From: the human T2T-CHM13v2.0 reference genome, Homo sapiens
Reading direction: 5' to 3' (one strand)
NCBI RefSeq assembly: GCF_009914755.1
Contig: NC_060933.1
Length of the DNA: 64,000 nucleotides
Below the pieces are notes generated by a model. The model did not search any database and was not told the DNA's origin. It was given only the letters and a program-made list of their open reading frames with translations. A program made the position numbers and the translations under genes. Within the stretch, counting starts at the first letter, position 1. The number at the start of each line of letters is the position of its first letter. Of this stretch, positions 1 through 14,899 are shown one piece after another.

Positions 1-693
1 ACAAGCAAAGATGGTTCCAGCAAGCTCTAAGGACACAGACATGTGAAAGAGGCGCTGAAGACACACGAGGACTGATGCATGGTAGATGTCATCCTGATAT
101 GGCTGGGCTTCTGGACTCACTGCCTCCTCCTTCTAGAACCCAGCACCTCCAAGGCTGGGAGAAGAGAAGTTTGGGGTCTATGGGAAATGACCTCTGGAAG
201 TGGCTGTGACTGTTTCCAAAGACAAATACAATCTAGATTCTCGAAACAATGCAAATGAACAAAAAATGTGAGTTTAGCAGTTAGTGAAACATTAAGATGA
301 GATACAGGAGTAAACACATTTTTTTCCATAAAAGTAGTGGATGTTAAATAATGAAATACAGTGGTAAAACAATTACAGCCTGGAGGCTTTAAGATGTAAA
401 TCAAAAATGGAGACCAGTGGTGTTAATATCATATGAGAGGATTAAATATGAGCTGCTGGTCCAACTGTGTTCTGCAGGAATTCAGGCAGATGGATGAGAG
501 ACAGGCTATGAGTAAAGCATTACCACAGCTGGGGGTGCGGTGTATGGAAGCTCATCCTAGCTAGCACTTGGAGAAGAACTCACACATTGCAAACATATCC
601 GGTTAAAAACTGGCATTTGCTGCAACTAAAAAAGGCAAGTGATGGTCTAGGTGAACTGCCTTTTCTTTCTCTCCTTCCAAAGGACAAAATTAA

Positions 694-1008
<315 letters not shown>

Positions 1009-1908
1009 TTAATTAAGGAAACTGTTTCTTTTACATCTATTTTTTCATCCCAAACTCAAATGCCAAATATTTAGCTATTATACATGTATTCATTTTCTTA
1101 GAATACACTCTATCCAGCTTGACATTTCTTTTAAATTTTCCCATTACATAATTAGATTCTTGATCCTCATTTATGTGATGTTTCCATCATGTGCTGGGTT
1201 TTATGCTCCAAATACATGTCCTTTCATACTTTAATGGACACAAATGTGCTTTATAAATATTTTGAAATCCATTTTAAGGTAATTTATTGAGTGAAAATTC
1301 TGTGCTCGGTATTTTATTGGGGTCAGTGGTGGGGTAGGAGAAGGAAAGGACATGGCTTTTGCCCTCCAAGGAAGTTGCAGGGAAACTGTCTCTGATTTCA
1401 TTATCAAAGCGAGGCCCCTTTCTATTTCTCCATTTCAATACCTTTTCTACTGACTTCAGATCTATCAGATGTTATAATTATTTCCCACTTGTGTTTGTGT
1501 AACTGTGTTCTGACTATCCACACATTAGGTGTGGGCTCTGTGAAAGCAGGGACCATATTGATCCTGTTCAATGTCATACCATATCCCTAGCATAGAACTA
1601 GTAGAGGCATAACAAAGATCTGTGAAAAAGTAAATGCATGCATAACTCAGTTGATCAATTAATGTACATCACTTGGCAGAAGAATAAAAGGATCACGAGA
1701 GCAGATGAAAGAAGACTTTATATTTTGCAGAAGAAAATTTTCTGTGTCTTCAAATGATCACAAATATAATTAATAAAGTTGATGAGGCTTTCTTCAAAAT
1801 GGTGCTTGTAGAAAAAGTGAGAGAAAGGCAAAACAAGAGAAATAATATGGATATTTAGCATTCTGGATGTTTGCTAAGTGACAATTAAACCATAAGAATA
1901 CACTTCAC

Positions 1909-2202
1909 AGGCCGGGAGTGGTGGCTCACACCTGTAATCCCAGCACTTTGGGAAGCTGAGGCAGGCGATCACGAGGTCAGGAGATCAAGACCATCCTGGC
2001 TAACATGGTGAAACTCCATCTCTACTAAAAATACAAAAACAAAATTAGCTGGGCGTGATGGTGGGCGCCTGTAGTCCCAGCTACTCAGGAGGCTGAGGCA
2101 GGAGAATGGCGTGAACCTGGGAGCTTGCAGTGAGCTGAGATCACGCCACTGCACTCCAGCCTGGGCAACAGAGCGAGACTCCGTCTCAAAAAAAAAAAAA
2201 AA
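1909..2202 (+). mobile_element. AluY
   Basis: Full dimer, TSD aaga(a/g)taca(c/t)ttcac. Confidence 0.92.
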
Positions 2203-2289
2203 GAGTACATTTCACTCCATTGTCGAGAGACAGAGAGAGATATATATAAAATACATATTAAATTATGTGTGTGTATATATATATATCTT

Positions 2290-3262
<973 letters not shown>

Positions 3263-3365
3263 TTGATGACGTCTCTCTTTCACTTTTGTTCCTGACAGTC
3301 CAGACTGCACAATTTCGGATGTGGGAGACTGGGTGATTTCTTTGATCTTCCCAACCAAATATGAC

Positions 3366-3382
3366 TTACTTAAGGATTTTAC
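3366..3382 (-). CDS. FAM74A3: FAM74A exon 2 coding part (G-K-I-L-K-stop)
   Basis: ttttacag|GT AAA ATC CTT AAG TAA; 463+17 = 480 nt = 159 aa; candidate AATAAA at 2733-2738. Confidence 0.7.
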
Positions 3383-3639
3383 CTGTAAAATCCATTATTA
3401 AAGGTTAAGAGAAGGGTGACAATGGTGGCCTCCTTAGCTTAACTGAATGGTTATGGTTTTTAGTTGTAGTTGCAATCTTATGCTTGTGTGGTTCTTTGAT
3501 TAGTGTTTGCTTTCTCTATCCTATACTATTAGCTTCATGAGAATAGGAAAATTATTCCTCTTTGAACTCACCATTGTATTCCCAATTCTAGCACAGCGCC
3601 TGGGATTTCCTCTGTATGTGTTTTTGAAATGCACCCAAT

Positions 3640-4080
3640 AGATCCACAGACAGATTTTAAAAATATAAACATAGAAACAAATCCTTCTGGTCTTGAAGCT
3701 TGAAACTTACATTTGTTTTCTCTGAGTTTCTTCCTCAGGAAATGGACTCTCAGCTCTCTCAAAAAGTATCAAAGAAGTGAAATTCATCAGACCACTGTGT
3801 CGAGACAATGAGATGCCAGATGCCAGATTCCTTATTTGTCATGATTGCTTCCTTAGCCCTCCCTAGTTCCTGTTTTCCTGCTCATAGTTACATTTCTTCC
3901 TTGCTATATAATCCCCTAATTTCGGCTGGTTGAGGAGATGGAATTGAGACTGATATCCCATATCCTTAGCTGTAGCATGCAATTAAAGCCTTCTTCCTTG
4001 GCAATATTCATTGTCTAAGTGATTGGCTTTCTGTGTGCAAGTAACAGAACCTAGATTGAACTCCTGGTATTTCAGTAACA
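3640..4080 (+). mobile_element. ERV1-class solo LTR (MER34/MER39-like)
   Basis: TATA-like ctatataa, attaaagcc poly(A) signal, ends ...tttcagtaaca. Confidence 0.55.
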
Positions 4081-4133
4081 TTTTGTGTGTAAGAAAGAGG
4101 CTGGAGGAAGGAGAGTAGGGGAAATAGGAAGAG

Positions 4134-4457
4134 TGTCTTAATATTTTTGTTGCTATAACAGAATACCACAGACTGAGTGATTTATAAAGAAAATAAATGT
4201 ATTTAGCTCTGAGGCCTAGGAATGCCAAGAGCATGATGCTGGCCTCTGGAGAAGGCCTTCTTGCTGCCTAACAACATGGCAGGGGGCATCACATAGTGAG
4301 AGAGCAAGAGCAAAAGGGCTTATGATAAGGAACCCACTACTATGCTAGTGACATTAATCCATTCATGAGGGCAGGACTGACATAAATCTATTCATGAGAG
4401 AAGAGGGATTAAGTTTCCAATCTATGAACTTTTGGAGGATACATTCAAACCATAGCA
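4134..4457 (-). mobile_element. MaLR LTR (MST/MLT1A-like)
   Basis: gttgctataacagaataccacagactg ... acattcaaaccatagca. Confidence 0.7.
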
Positions 4458-4799
4458 GAAAGACAGACAGAGATAGATATGGAAAGAGGGAACAAGCACA
4501 CATCACACATACAAAAACTGGACAATATTTTTGTAAATGAAATGCCTAGAGCCTCTCTCGTATATTGTATTTGTTGATATTTTCTCAATTTAAACTTATC
4601 ACTCCATAATTTCTCTTTTTCTTCCCCAAAATGATGTACATGTTTCTTCCTTATAACCATAAAACACAGTAATTGTTTCCTGGAAAATTTTAAATGTCTC
4701 ACTACAATTCAAGTATCATACTTACTATATGTTTTTTATCTTCTGTATATTTTGAAAATGTAAGAGCATTATTGTCTTATACAAAATAGGTGCTAGCAG

Positions 4800-5600
4800 A
4801 GTGAAGAGACAACCAAAAATAACTCAATAAGAAATGGACAAATGATCCAAATAGACATTTTTCAAAAGAAGACATACAGGCCAACAGGCATATAAAAAAT
4901 GCTCAATATTACTAATCATTAGAGAAAGGCAAATTAAAAACACTTTGAGATATCACCCCATACGTGTTAGGATGGTTATTATAAAATGACAAAATATAAC
5001 AAGTGTTGGAGAAGATTTGAAGGAAAGGCATCATGGAAAATAGCATGGAGGTTCCTTCAAAAATTAAAAATGAACTACCATATGAACCAGCAATCACACT
5101 ACTGGGTATATATCCAAAGGAAATGAAATCCGTATGTCGAAGAGATATCTGCAACACCATATACATTAAATCTTATTTATATATTAGCCCAAGATGTGGA
5201 AACAATCTAAGTGTCCATCAATGGATGGATGAATTTTAAAAAGTAGTATATATACACAATGAAATACTATTCAGCCATAAAAAATAATGAAATCTTGTTA
5301 TTTGTGACAACATGGATGAACCTGGAGGACATTATGTTAAATGAAACAAGCCAGGCACAGAAAGACCATATGATTTCACTTTTATGTCGAATCTGAAAAA
5401 GCTAAACTCATAGAAGTAGAGAGTAGACTGGTGGTTACCAGGGGCTGGACTTGGGGTGGGGAGTGGGGATGTTTATCAAAGGATTCAAAATTTCATTTAG
5501 GAGAGGGGAAATATTCAAGAAGAGATCTACTGCACAACATGGTCACTATAGTTAATAACAACATATTGTATTTTTGAAAAAAAATGCAAAGAAACAAAGT
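4800..5600 (+). mobile_element. L1M (L1MA/MB) ORF2 end and 3'UTR
   Basis: ELPYEPAITLLGIYPKEMKS remnant; L1M 3'UTR motifs. Confidence 0.8.
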
Positions 5601-6482
5601 AAGTATTAAATAAAAACTGGTTCTTTGAAGCTTTGGCACTGTAATATATGAAGGCCAGAAGCCACATTTATATAGTTCCGTTTCTTGAGCATCCAAGACA
5701 ATGGATGAGATGACAGTGTTGAGGAAGACAGGTCACTCACTGCGAACACTAGATTCAGCTTCTCCCCCTGCTGTTTGACTCATTCTGCAGGTGAGAATTT
5801 ATCTGAAGGAGTTTACATATTTTTATGTGACAATGTATTCCTGAGAAGATACCAAATTCTTTCTTCTACATCAAAAATACAGCATGAAACTGACAAGAGA
5901 GCACATAAATGATGATTTTTTTTTTAAGTTTCCAGGAATATCACATGTATCATATTACTGAAAAGAAAAAGAGCATTTTATGCCATGAAAAACTTTGGAT
6001 ATCCTTGAATAATGTTGACTAAAAACAGTGAGTTTATTTAGTATTCATTGTGTCTATATTTGGAGTGTATATTTTTAGTATTTGTCATCTTGCTTATCAA
6101 ACTCCTGAATCTCACTTAAAAAGTATTTTCCAAAGTTTTTGAAATTTCTCCACAAAAGAAGAAAAAACAAAAAAGCAAGTATTGGAAGTCAAATAGGTTT
6201 GAGAAATATTATGACACATGTCCTTCTTGCACATCATAAAGCCTCTAACACTTTTCATAGTAAACCAATAAATGAAACTCAGACTTCTTGCTTTGCTTAA
6301 TCAAAAAATTAAAGTTTTCCAAACTTCTTTGACTACAGAATCTTTTGACAACACAATATTGATCACTGCACACTTTGAGAGATATTACTCTACAAAAGTC
6401 ACTGCACAGCACCACTAAAATATGGTGACTGATAAAACGGACAAAGGTCATTCAGTGAAAGTTTCAAAGCAAAGAGAATGAA

Positions 6483-6485
<3 letters not shown>

Positions 6486-6513
<28 letters not shown>
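6486..6513. repeat. (AT)n microsatellite
   Basis: Read directly from the sequence. Confidence 0.95.
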
Positions 6514-6674
6514 GGATGTCTACTTTTTGGATTACAGTTTTCAGATTATGTTTGTTTTAAATAAGCCAGTCTGCTTTCATAATAATTATACTTTTAAGCC
6601 ATTTTCTGATGAGACATTTGTCATCATGAGAACAATGTAGTAAAAGTTTGTTACACTGGGGATTAAGATATTAG

Positions 6675-7165
<491 letters not shown>

Positions 7166-7220
7166 CCAAGTCAAGTCTTTTTCACAGCCTTGGTTCACCA
7201 TAAAACTAAGGTGGACAATT

Positions 7221-8029
7221 GTCATGGACAGAATTGTGTTGCCTCAAATTTATGTTGAAGTCCTCACCTCTAGTACCTCAGAATGGGGCTGTATTTGGAA
7301 AGAGGACCTATAAAGAGGTAATTGAGGTAAAATTAGGTTATATGGGTGGGCCCTAATCAGTAAGACTGATTTCCTTGTAAGACAAGGAGATGTGGACAGA
7401 GACCACACACAGACCACAGGACAATCATGTGAGGACACAGTAAGAAGGTGGCCATTGGCAAGGGAAGGAGAGAGGCCTCAGAAGAGACCAAATGTGCTGA
7501 TTCCTTGATCTTGGACTTCCAGCCTCCAAAACTGTGAGAAAAGAAATTTTTTATGGCTGCATAGTATTCCATGGTGTATATGTGCCACATTTTCTTAAAA
7601 ATGATGAGTTCATGTCCTTTGTAGGGACATGGATGAAATTGGAAATCATCATTCTCAGTAAACTATCGCAAGAACAAAAAACCAAACACCGCATATTCTC
7701 ACTCATAGGTGGGAATCGAACAGTGAGAACACATGGACACAGGAAGGGGAACATCACACTCTGGGGACTGTTGTGGGGTGGGGGGAGGGGGGAGGGATAG
7801 CATTGGGAGATATACCTAATGCTAGATGACGAGTTAGTGGGTGCAGCACACCAGCATGGCACAGGTATACATATGTAACTAACCTGCACATTGTGCACAT
7901 GTACCCTAAAACTTAAAGTATAATAATAATAAATAAACAAAGAAAGAAAGAAAGAAAAAAAGAAATTTATGTTACTTAAGCCACTCAGTCTGTGGTATTT
8001 TGTTATGGCAGCCCTAGTAAACTAATACA
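7221..8029 (+). mobile_element. MLT1 (MaLR) LTR interrupted by the L1
   Basis: Starts tgtcatggacagaattgtg; ends gcagccctagtaaactaataca. Confidence 0.8.
7548..7960 (+). mobile_element. Young L1 (L1PA2-like) 3' fragment with 5' inversion
   Basis: Antisense 7548-7597 then sense 7597-7935 plus A-rich tail; TSD aaaagaaattt; 3'UTR gctagatgacGAGttagtggg. Confidence 0.88.
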
Positions 8030-8637
8030 AATATTTTTAGGGACAACAAACCATGGACTTTGTTATTCTAGTAAGATGACTTTAGCACTATTACCTACTT
8101 CTACCTTGAAGTGGTAAAAAAAGGCAGTGAGAAGCATTTCCATGGAGTGTATAAATCGTGTCCCGTGAAACAGAATTAGCTAATAAGGTTAACACCTGTC
8201 AGCTGTATATGATGCTGCGTCTCCAATCTCCATCCGGACAGCAAAGGGGAAGGCATGGACAGGAGACCTGCCTTCAGAAGAGCAGCTGACAAAGGGGCCC
8301 ACAGCCTGGGGATGGTGACGGCAGTAGCCCCCCGAGGCCTGGGATCCCACAGCACAATTGTGAAGGGAAAGTCTTACTTGCTGGGCCCAGATGTGTAATT
8401 TTCTCCCACCACTGTTTTTTTGTGAAAAATTCTTCTGAATACATAATTTTGCCCCTAAATAAACATGGTGTTGGACATTTTTCTGACTAGGAAGTTAGGA
8501 TATTTGCTTTTCTAGCATCTTTATTAGGTGACTTTTTATGTTTGCAAAGTCACTCAGAAAAAACTTCATCCTCCCAACACCTCCCTGGACCACAGTCCCC
8601 ACAAATGACATTGAACTCACAACATAAAGGAACTCAC

Positions 8638-9100
8638 CACTAGGTAAATAGGTGCTTGACTGTGATTTAACACCTGAATTACTAAAATTGATGGCAATAA
8701 TTATCCAAAGAAAAACAGCCAAGTTCAGCAGTAACGACAGCCTCTGAACTCTCTCCACATCTTCTTGTGGACAGCCTTTGAGCTCTCTCCATGTCTTCTC
8801 CGGGACAGCCTCTGAACTCTCTGCACGTCTTCTTGCAGACAGCGTCTGAGCTGTTTCCATGTCTTCTCCGGGACAGTCTCTGAGTTTCTGAGCTCTTTCC
8901 ACGTCTTCTCCGGGACAGCCTCTGAACTCTCTCCACGTCTTCTCTGGGACAGCCTCTGAGCTCTCTCTTGTTTGGGACATCCTCTGAGCTCTCCACGTCT
9001 TCTCTGGGACAGCCTCTGAGCTCTTTCCACGTCTTCTCCGGGACAGCCTCTGAGCTGTCTCCACGTCTCCTCCAGGACAGCCTCTGAGCTCCCTCCACAT
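8638..9100 (-). CDS. FAM74A3: FAM74A-family putative protein / lncRNA, exon 1 (VNTR-derived ORF plus hydrophobic segment)
   Basis: ATG at 9100, MWRELRGCPGGDVETAQRLS...LAVFLWIIIAINFS...YLPS; donor G|gtgagt at 8637; matches the recalled FAM74A sequence. Coding status is doubtful (usually annotated as lncRNA). Confidence 0.75.
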
Positions 9101-9110
9101 CTTCTCTGGG
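8736..9110. repeat. 34-bp minisatellite, about 11 units
   Basis: GACA(G) anchors at 8736, 8770, 8804, 8838, 8872, 8914, 8948, 8976, 9008, 9042, 9076; unit ggacagcctctgagctctttccacgtcttctccg. Confidence 0.95.
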
Positions 9111-9229
9111 TCTCCTGTGGAGTCTGATCACCTTTCAGTTAAGGCATCTCCTGTGAGCAGCCCAGTTGGCTACTCTGAGTTCTGGGGGTAGCTGTCCTTG
9201 GTTTCTCTGAATTGCCCAGAAACCAACCT

Positions 9230-9810
9230 TTCTGTTGCCCATCGTAGTGCCTACGTGGCTTAGCTGGAGCCCTACCCTGCTTTTGTTGCCCAACCAATGC
9301 CTATGTGACAGAGCTAAATTCCCATTCAGCTTTAACTGCTTAGTTTTAGAAAACAGGATGTCTGGGGTCAGAAGTTCCTTCTTAGGACTAAACTGGCTGA
9401 AGCTGGCAAAATCCGCAATGGCAGCTTGACCTCTGAAAAACCTCTAGCTTCATTATGATCCAATTTCCATGCTAAACGACACTCCCACTGGCACCTTGAC
9501 CGTTGACAATCACCATGACAATGGCCAGAAGAGACCAAAAACAGGCAGAAAAGAGGTGGCTCTTTGATTCCAAAAAAACCTACCTCCCTTCCCAAGAAAA
9601 GCTATGAATATTTCTCCCTTTCCTCTGTAAACCCAGCCCCTTCATTAAGAATCCTCAGTTCTCAGGCTCTGAGAAGTTGATTTGCAGGCTATGCTCCCAC
9701 TTCTGCAATTCCATGGCCATTGAAAAAAGCCCACACTGTTTGATACTCACTCTCGGTTTGGTGTATTGGCTTCACACCAAACAAGAAAGAGCTCCTTTAG
9801 GGGTAGTCAG
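9230..9810 (+). mobile_element. Probable ERV1-class solo LTR directly upstream of FAM74A exon 1
   Basis: LTR-like U3 (gttgacaatcaccatgacaatgg), decayed poly(A) signal and U5-like end; subfamily not assigned. Confidence 0.45.
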
Positions 9811-10163
9811 GACCCTGATTATATTCCCACATAGAAACTGTTCCCACTCACTACTGGCACAGCAGAACACATAAACTGTCAGATGGCTCCATTTCAATGA
9901 TTTGACTTGTAATTCTCAATTGTTTCTGTTCCTAAGATTTTAGGACTTTCTATCAACTCATAAAAAAAATCTTTAAAAAGGTAAGGCAACCTTCAAATCT
10001 AAGATGCTCAGCTTTAAACTAGTAAGTTCTTAAGGATGTTTTTTTTCCTCCAAGGAAACAATTCTCCTCTTTGCTGAGCAATAATACAGGTTTTAATATT
10101 AAATAAGTACACAAAGTAAAAGAAACAGACAAAAATGTCTTCATAGCAAGGCTGTTAACAGAT

Positions 10164-10476
<313 letters not shown>

Positions 10477-11079
10477 TAATATACGTAAAGAAAAAAGAAA
10501 AATTTTCAAATACTTGTTTAGATAAGTACTGATATTTAAAAAAACAACCAAGCCTAAATCCCTAGATTTACAATTTTTAAAAAATAAGAAAAGCAATGTA
10601 ATTCGCAGAATAAAATCTTTTGGAGTAAAGTAATATAACTCTAACAAATTGGTAAATCTAGGCAAGAAATGACTTGCCCAAGTAACAGACCTAGTAGGTG
10701 GAGAGTTCATCTGACTCCAGAAACCACACTCTACAAAATAAACTTATTGACGTGAAGAATGTATATAATCTGTAACTGGTGTGAAAGTGTGGCAGAAATA
10801 CAAAGAGCCGTGGTCTTGCTCATGATGTTCAAAGGCAATATTTGAACTGAGGGATGGCTGTGTGAATTGAAGTGGTCACTGGAGAAACGTGGTTGAGATT
10901 GTGAACCATGGGGAACAGGGGGTGGTAATTCCGGATTTTCGGCATAGAGGAGAAAGAAAGAACTGCAAACATCATTACAGTGAAGGAGGGTGAGGCCCTC
11001 CGAAAACTGATTGCTTTTCACCAGAAACACTGATCCAGTGGGGGCAGCTGAAGCACGAAAATGATTAGAACCAGAGTGA

Positions 11080-11413
<334 letters not shown>

Positions 11414-11639
11414 GATGTCACCCACGTTTCTTAGGAAAGACGTTAGCATCCTCTAAATCCTCACCGACTGTGCCTGGCGCAGCATTATTTTGCAGTTTTC
11501 TGGGATTTACAGTTGGCATCATTTGCACAGCGGCAGCGTGACGTGGCTGTGGAGAGCACGGAAGCTCTGTCCCCACGGAAGTGGGCTCTTCTGGTTGCAA
11601 CATGGTGGAGGCCAGCCCGGCCGCAGGTGAGGGAAGATG

Positions 11640-11970
11640 CCACAGCAAACCTCTGAGCAACCAAGATGACAAGCACCTGCTTCGAAAAGGTGACAAGCCA
11701 CAAGGCCATAGGCCCAGTTATAAGGATGAATTGTGTTACACGAATGGTTATAAACCTGACCGACCTCAGAAGGTATATGGAGGAGGCAATTATCAAGCCC
11801 CTTGATGGTCTGTGGCTGGATGCACCATACTTTGCCAACGGTGTGAGCATGGCAGAGAATGTAGGTGTGTATATAGGGGAAAACCTCCAGAAAGTTTTTT
11901 CTGTGGGAGTTCTTTGTAAAATAATAACAATGCAACTGGAATTATATTGCAATCTATAAAGGGAAATCAC
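11640..11970 (+). pseudogene. PTSP1: Processed pseudogene of 6-pyruvoyltetrahydropterin synthase (PTS retrocopy)
   Basis: Two frames give [28 protein letters not shown] and [61 protein letters not shown]. These align to PTS [28 protein letters not shown] / [21 protein letters not shown]...VYKGE. Intronless and frameshifted; catalytic Cys and two His lost. Symbol is approximate. Confidence 0.88.
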
Positions 11971-12837
11971 TCTTAGGGATCAACATTGTAGAAAGACAAC
12001 TTGTTTTTTGCTTCTTTGCTCAGTGTTAAGAAGTCATCACATCATTGTCACCCTCCCCACATTCTGTTCTGTAGTGCCCGATTTGTTGAAAGCAGTATGA
12101 GGCCTGTTTTAAACATAAATCTATTCTAAATCTAAATTTGTAATACATTCTGAATGTCATTTAGACAGTCTTTTGCCTGGAGATTAAAAATTACTTTATT
12201 TCTAGCAAAGTGCTCTGACGTAAAATATTTTAACAACAAAGAAGATCTGTGTTTGTTGTTTTCTCCATTATCTAATTATTGATATCCATTTCATCTGGGC
12301 ACATATAAATGGTAAAAATATTTACAAGCTTTGAATTAGGTGAATCTAATTAAAAATAAAATATAGATGTTAATAGAGCCTGGAAATATTGTCAATATCT
12401 TTTTAATAGATTGAGCCCCGTTGATTATTTCTTCTGGGGTAAAGGCTCAAATTTATTCTGTGAAATTAGACACTCAAATCATCTGAGGCAATATATGGCA
12501 GATGAATATACACTGATTGATGGAAATGTTGCTTTAATGCACATTGTTCATTGCAATTTTGCGTAGATTACTGAACTATGAATTACTGTTGAGGAACAGC
12601 ACATTCAACGTGTCATAGCAATCAACTATTTAGTATGGACATTTTCTATGTTTCTAGATTTTCTGGCCACTCTGAGCAAATTTAAATCAAATGACTGAAG
12701 TATAATCACTTATTTTAACTCTGTTAAAACAGTCAACTTGAAAAGTATATTTTTCTGTATGAATTTTTTTTTCTAATTGACTCTATTTTGTTCTGATAAC
12801 TAAACTTATTTAAGTTGCGCTGTTGAAAAAATCTATA

Positions 12838-13160
<323 letters not shown>

Positions 13161-14296
13161 ATATATATATGTATATGTATAATCTGAAGATCCATGTCGA
13201 TTCCATTATTTTAAGATGCAGTGACATTATAAGGAAGTGGAAAAATTAAGTTAAAATTTTTTAATTATGATGAATATAGAAAGGGGATTTCTTGTTGAAA
13301 CAAATAGGCTAAAAGAGCCTTGATGTCAGCTATGCCTCTCTTAGAGAAAAGACTGTGACCCTGTCATCCCGTTGGATAATCTAGTGATATGCTTTAACAG
13401 CTATTGTTAAAATAGATTTTACCAAGGCAAGGACAACAGTTTGCTTATGAGCAATGAGAAGTAAGTAGTCTTACCAGAGTGCACCCTTTGGAAAGTGCTG
13501 CGTATATAATTAGTGAGGCCATTCATAATTCATTTTTATTATACAAATGCTGATTAAATGTATACCTTCTTCCACTCAAATGTTAACGTGTCCCTTCCTC
13601 AATATATTTTATTAGGCTATGTATATATCTCAAGCATAGATTAATTTGTTTTGTAAGATTTCAAAACATTCCTTTTTTAGCCCTGTAATGAATATAAAAT
13701 GGATCCCTACTGCCCATCTTAGAGAATGCGTGTTTCATAGAACTGTTTAAAAAATAAATCCTTTTAAATTGCCCATCTGCTTAAGCTATGTTTGTGGAAC
13801 ATTAGGACTAAGTCATGTCTGACAAACATGTGTCATACTACTATTTGAGGGCATTACTGCATTTTAAGGAATAAAATAATATTATTAAGAAGTATAATTT
13901 TTCCAAGTGATACAATAAGAATATTGCTAGAGATTTGACCTATTTGTGAAAAATCTTTGCATGATTATTAGCTTGCTAAAAATAAAATGAACTCTGCAAA
14001 CATGATCCAAGCTGTTCTGTATGAAATTATGTGCTAGTTGCACAGTCCCCTGGGAGACCAGTGTGAGTCCAGATGCCTCTTTGCTGGTTTGTTTCATTTC
14101 TGGGGTTCATTTTCTAGAGGTTTTTATCATATTTTCAAAGTACAGAAGTCAGGCATCTCAAATTCAAGTCTTGTCTCCCCCAAACTTTAAAAAATATATG
14201 ACATTGATGTAATTTGGCTGGATAATAACAAACTGAACAAATAAGATATTTTCTTTCATTGAAGGTTGGTAACATTTTCTTCACTTAAAAATTTTT

Positions 14297-14595
14297 GGTT
14301 GGGCACAGTGGCTCATGCCTATAATCTCAGCACTTTGGGAGGCCGAGGCGGGTGGATCACCGGAGGTCAGGAGTTCGAGTCCAGCTGGCCAACATGGTGA
14401 AACCCTGTCTCTACTAAAAATACAAAAATTAGCCGAGCATGGTAGTGCACACCTATAATCCCAGCTACTCAGGAGGCTGAAGCAGGAGAATCTCTTGAAC
14501 TCCAGAGGCGGAGGTTGCAGTGAGCCAAGATTATCCCACTGGACTCCAGCCTGGGCGACAGAGCAAGACTCCATCTCAAAAAATAATTTAAAAAA
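14297..14595 (+). mobile_element. AluS
   Basis: Full dimer. Confidence 0.9.
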
Positions 14596-14899
14596 ATGAA
14601 TTTTCTAAATTGTGGGTCAGAATTCAAGCTAATGGAAACCTGTGGAAGAAAGAATTTTGCAGGTCTGCCTGTGGAATCCATAATTCTTTTCAGAGGCAGC
14701 GCTATTACAAAAAAAAAAAAAAAGTGTGAGGATGTCCCCAAGCAGAAAACCGCCTTCACTGCAATGCTGACAGTATCTGGGTGTCCCAGGGTTCCTGGGG
14801 AGTGCAACTGATATCCCGGCTGTGCTGCTACTGTGCTGAGTGGTTTTATATCCACTGAGAAGGACGTGTCAACAGGTGGCTGCTCAGGCCCCTAAAGAA

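Noticed and set aside
5741-5784. Possible 44-nt cassette exon in the FAM74A intron (ctgcag| ... |gtgagt)
   Set aside because: Splice motifs alone are insufficient, and it is not needed for the 159-aa ORF
8495-8637. C-terminal 46 aa of the 201-aa ORF
   Set aside because: Lies past a consensus donor (G|gtgagt); intron read-through
8736-9110. 34-bp repeat array resembling a CRISPR array in unit size
   Set aside because: Units are head-to-tail with no unique spacers, there are no cas genes, and the context is human; it is a minisatellite
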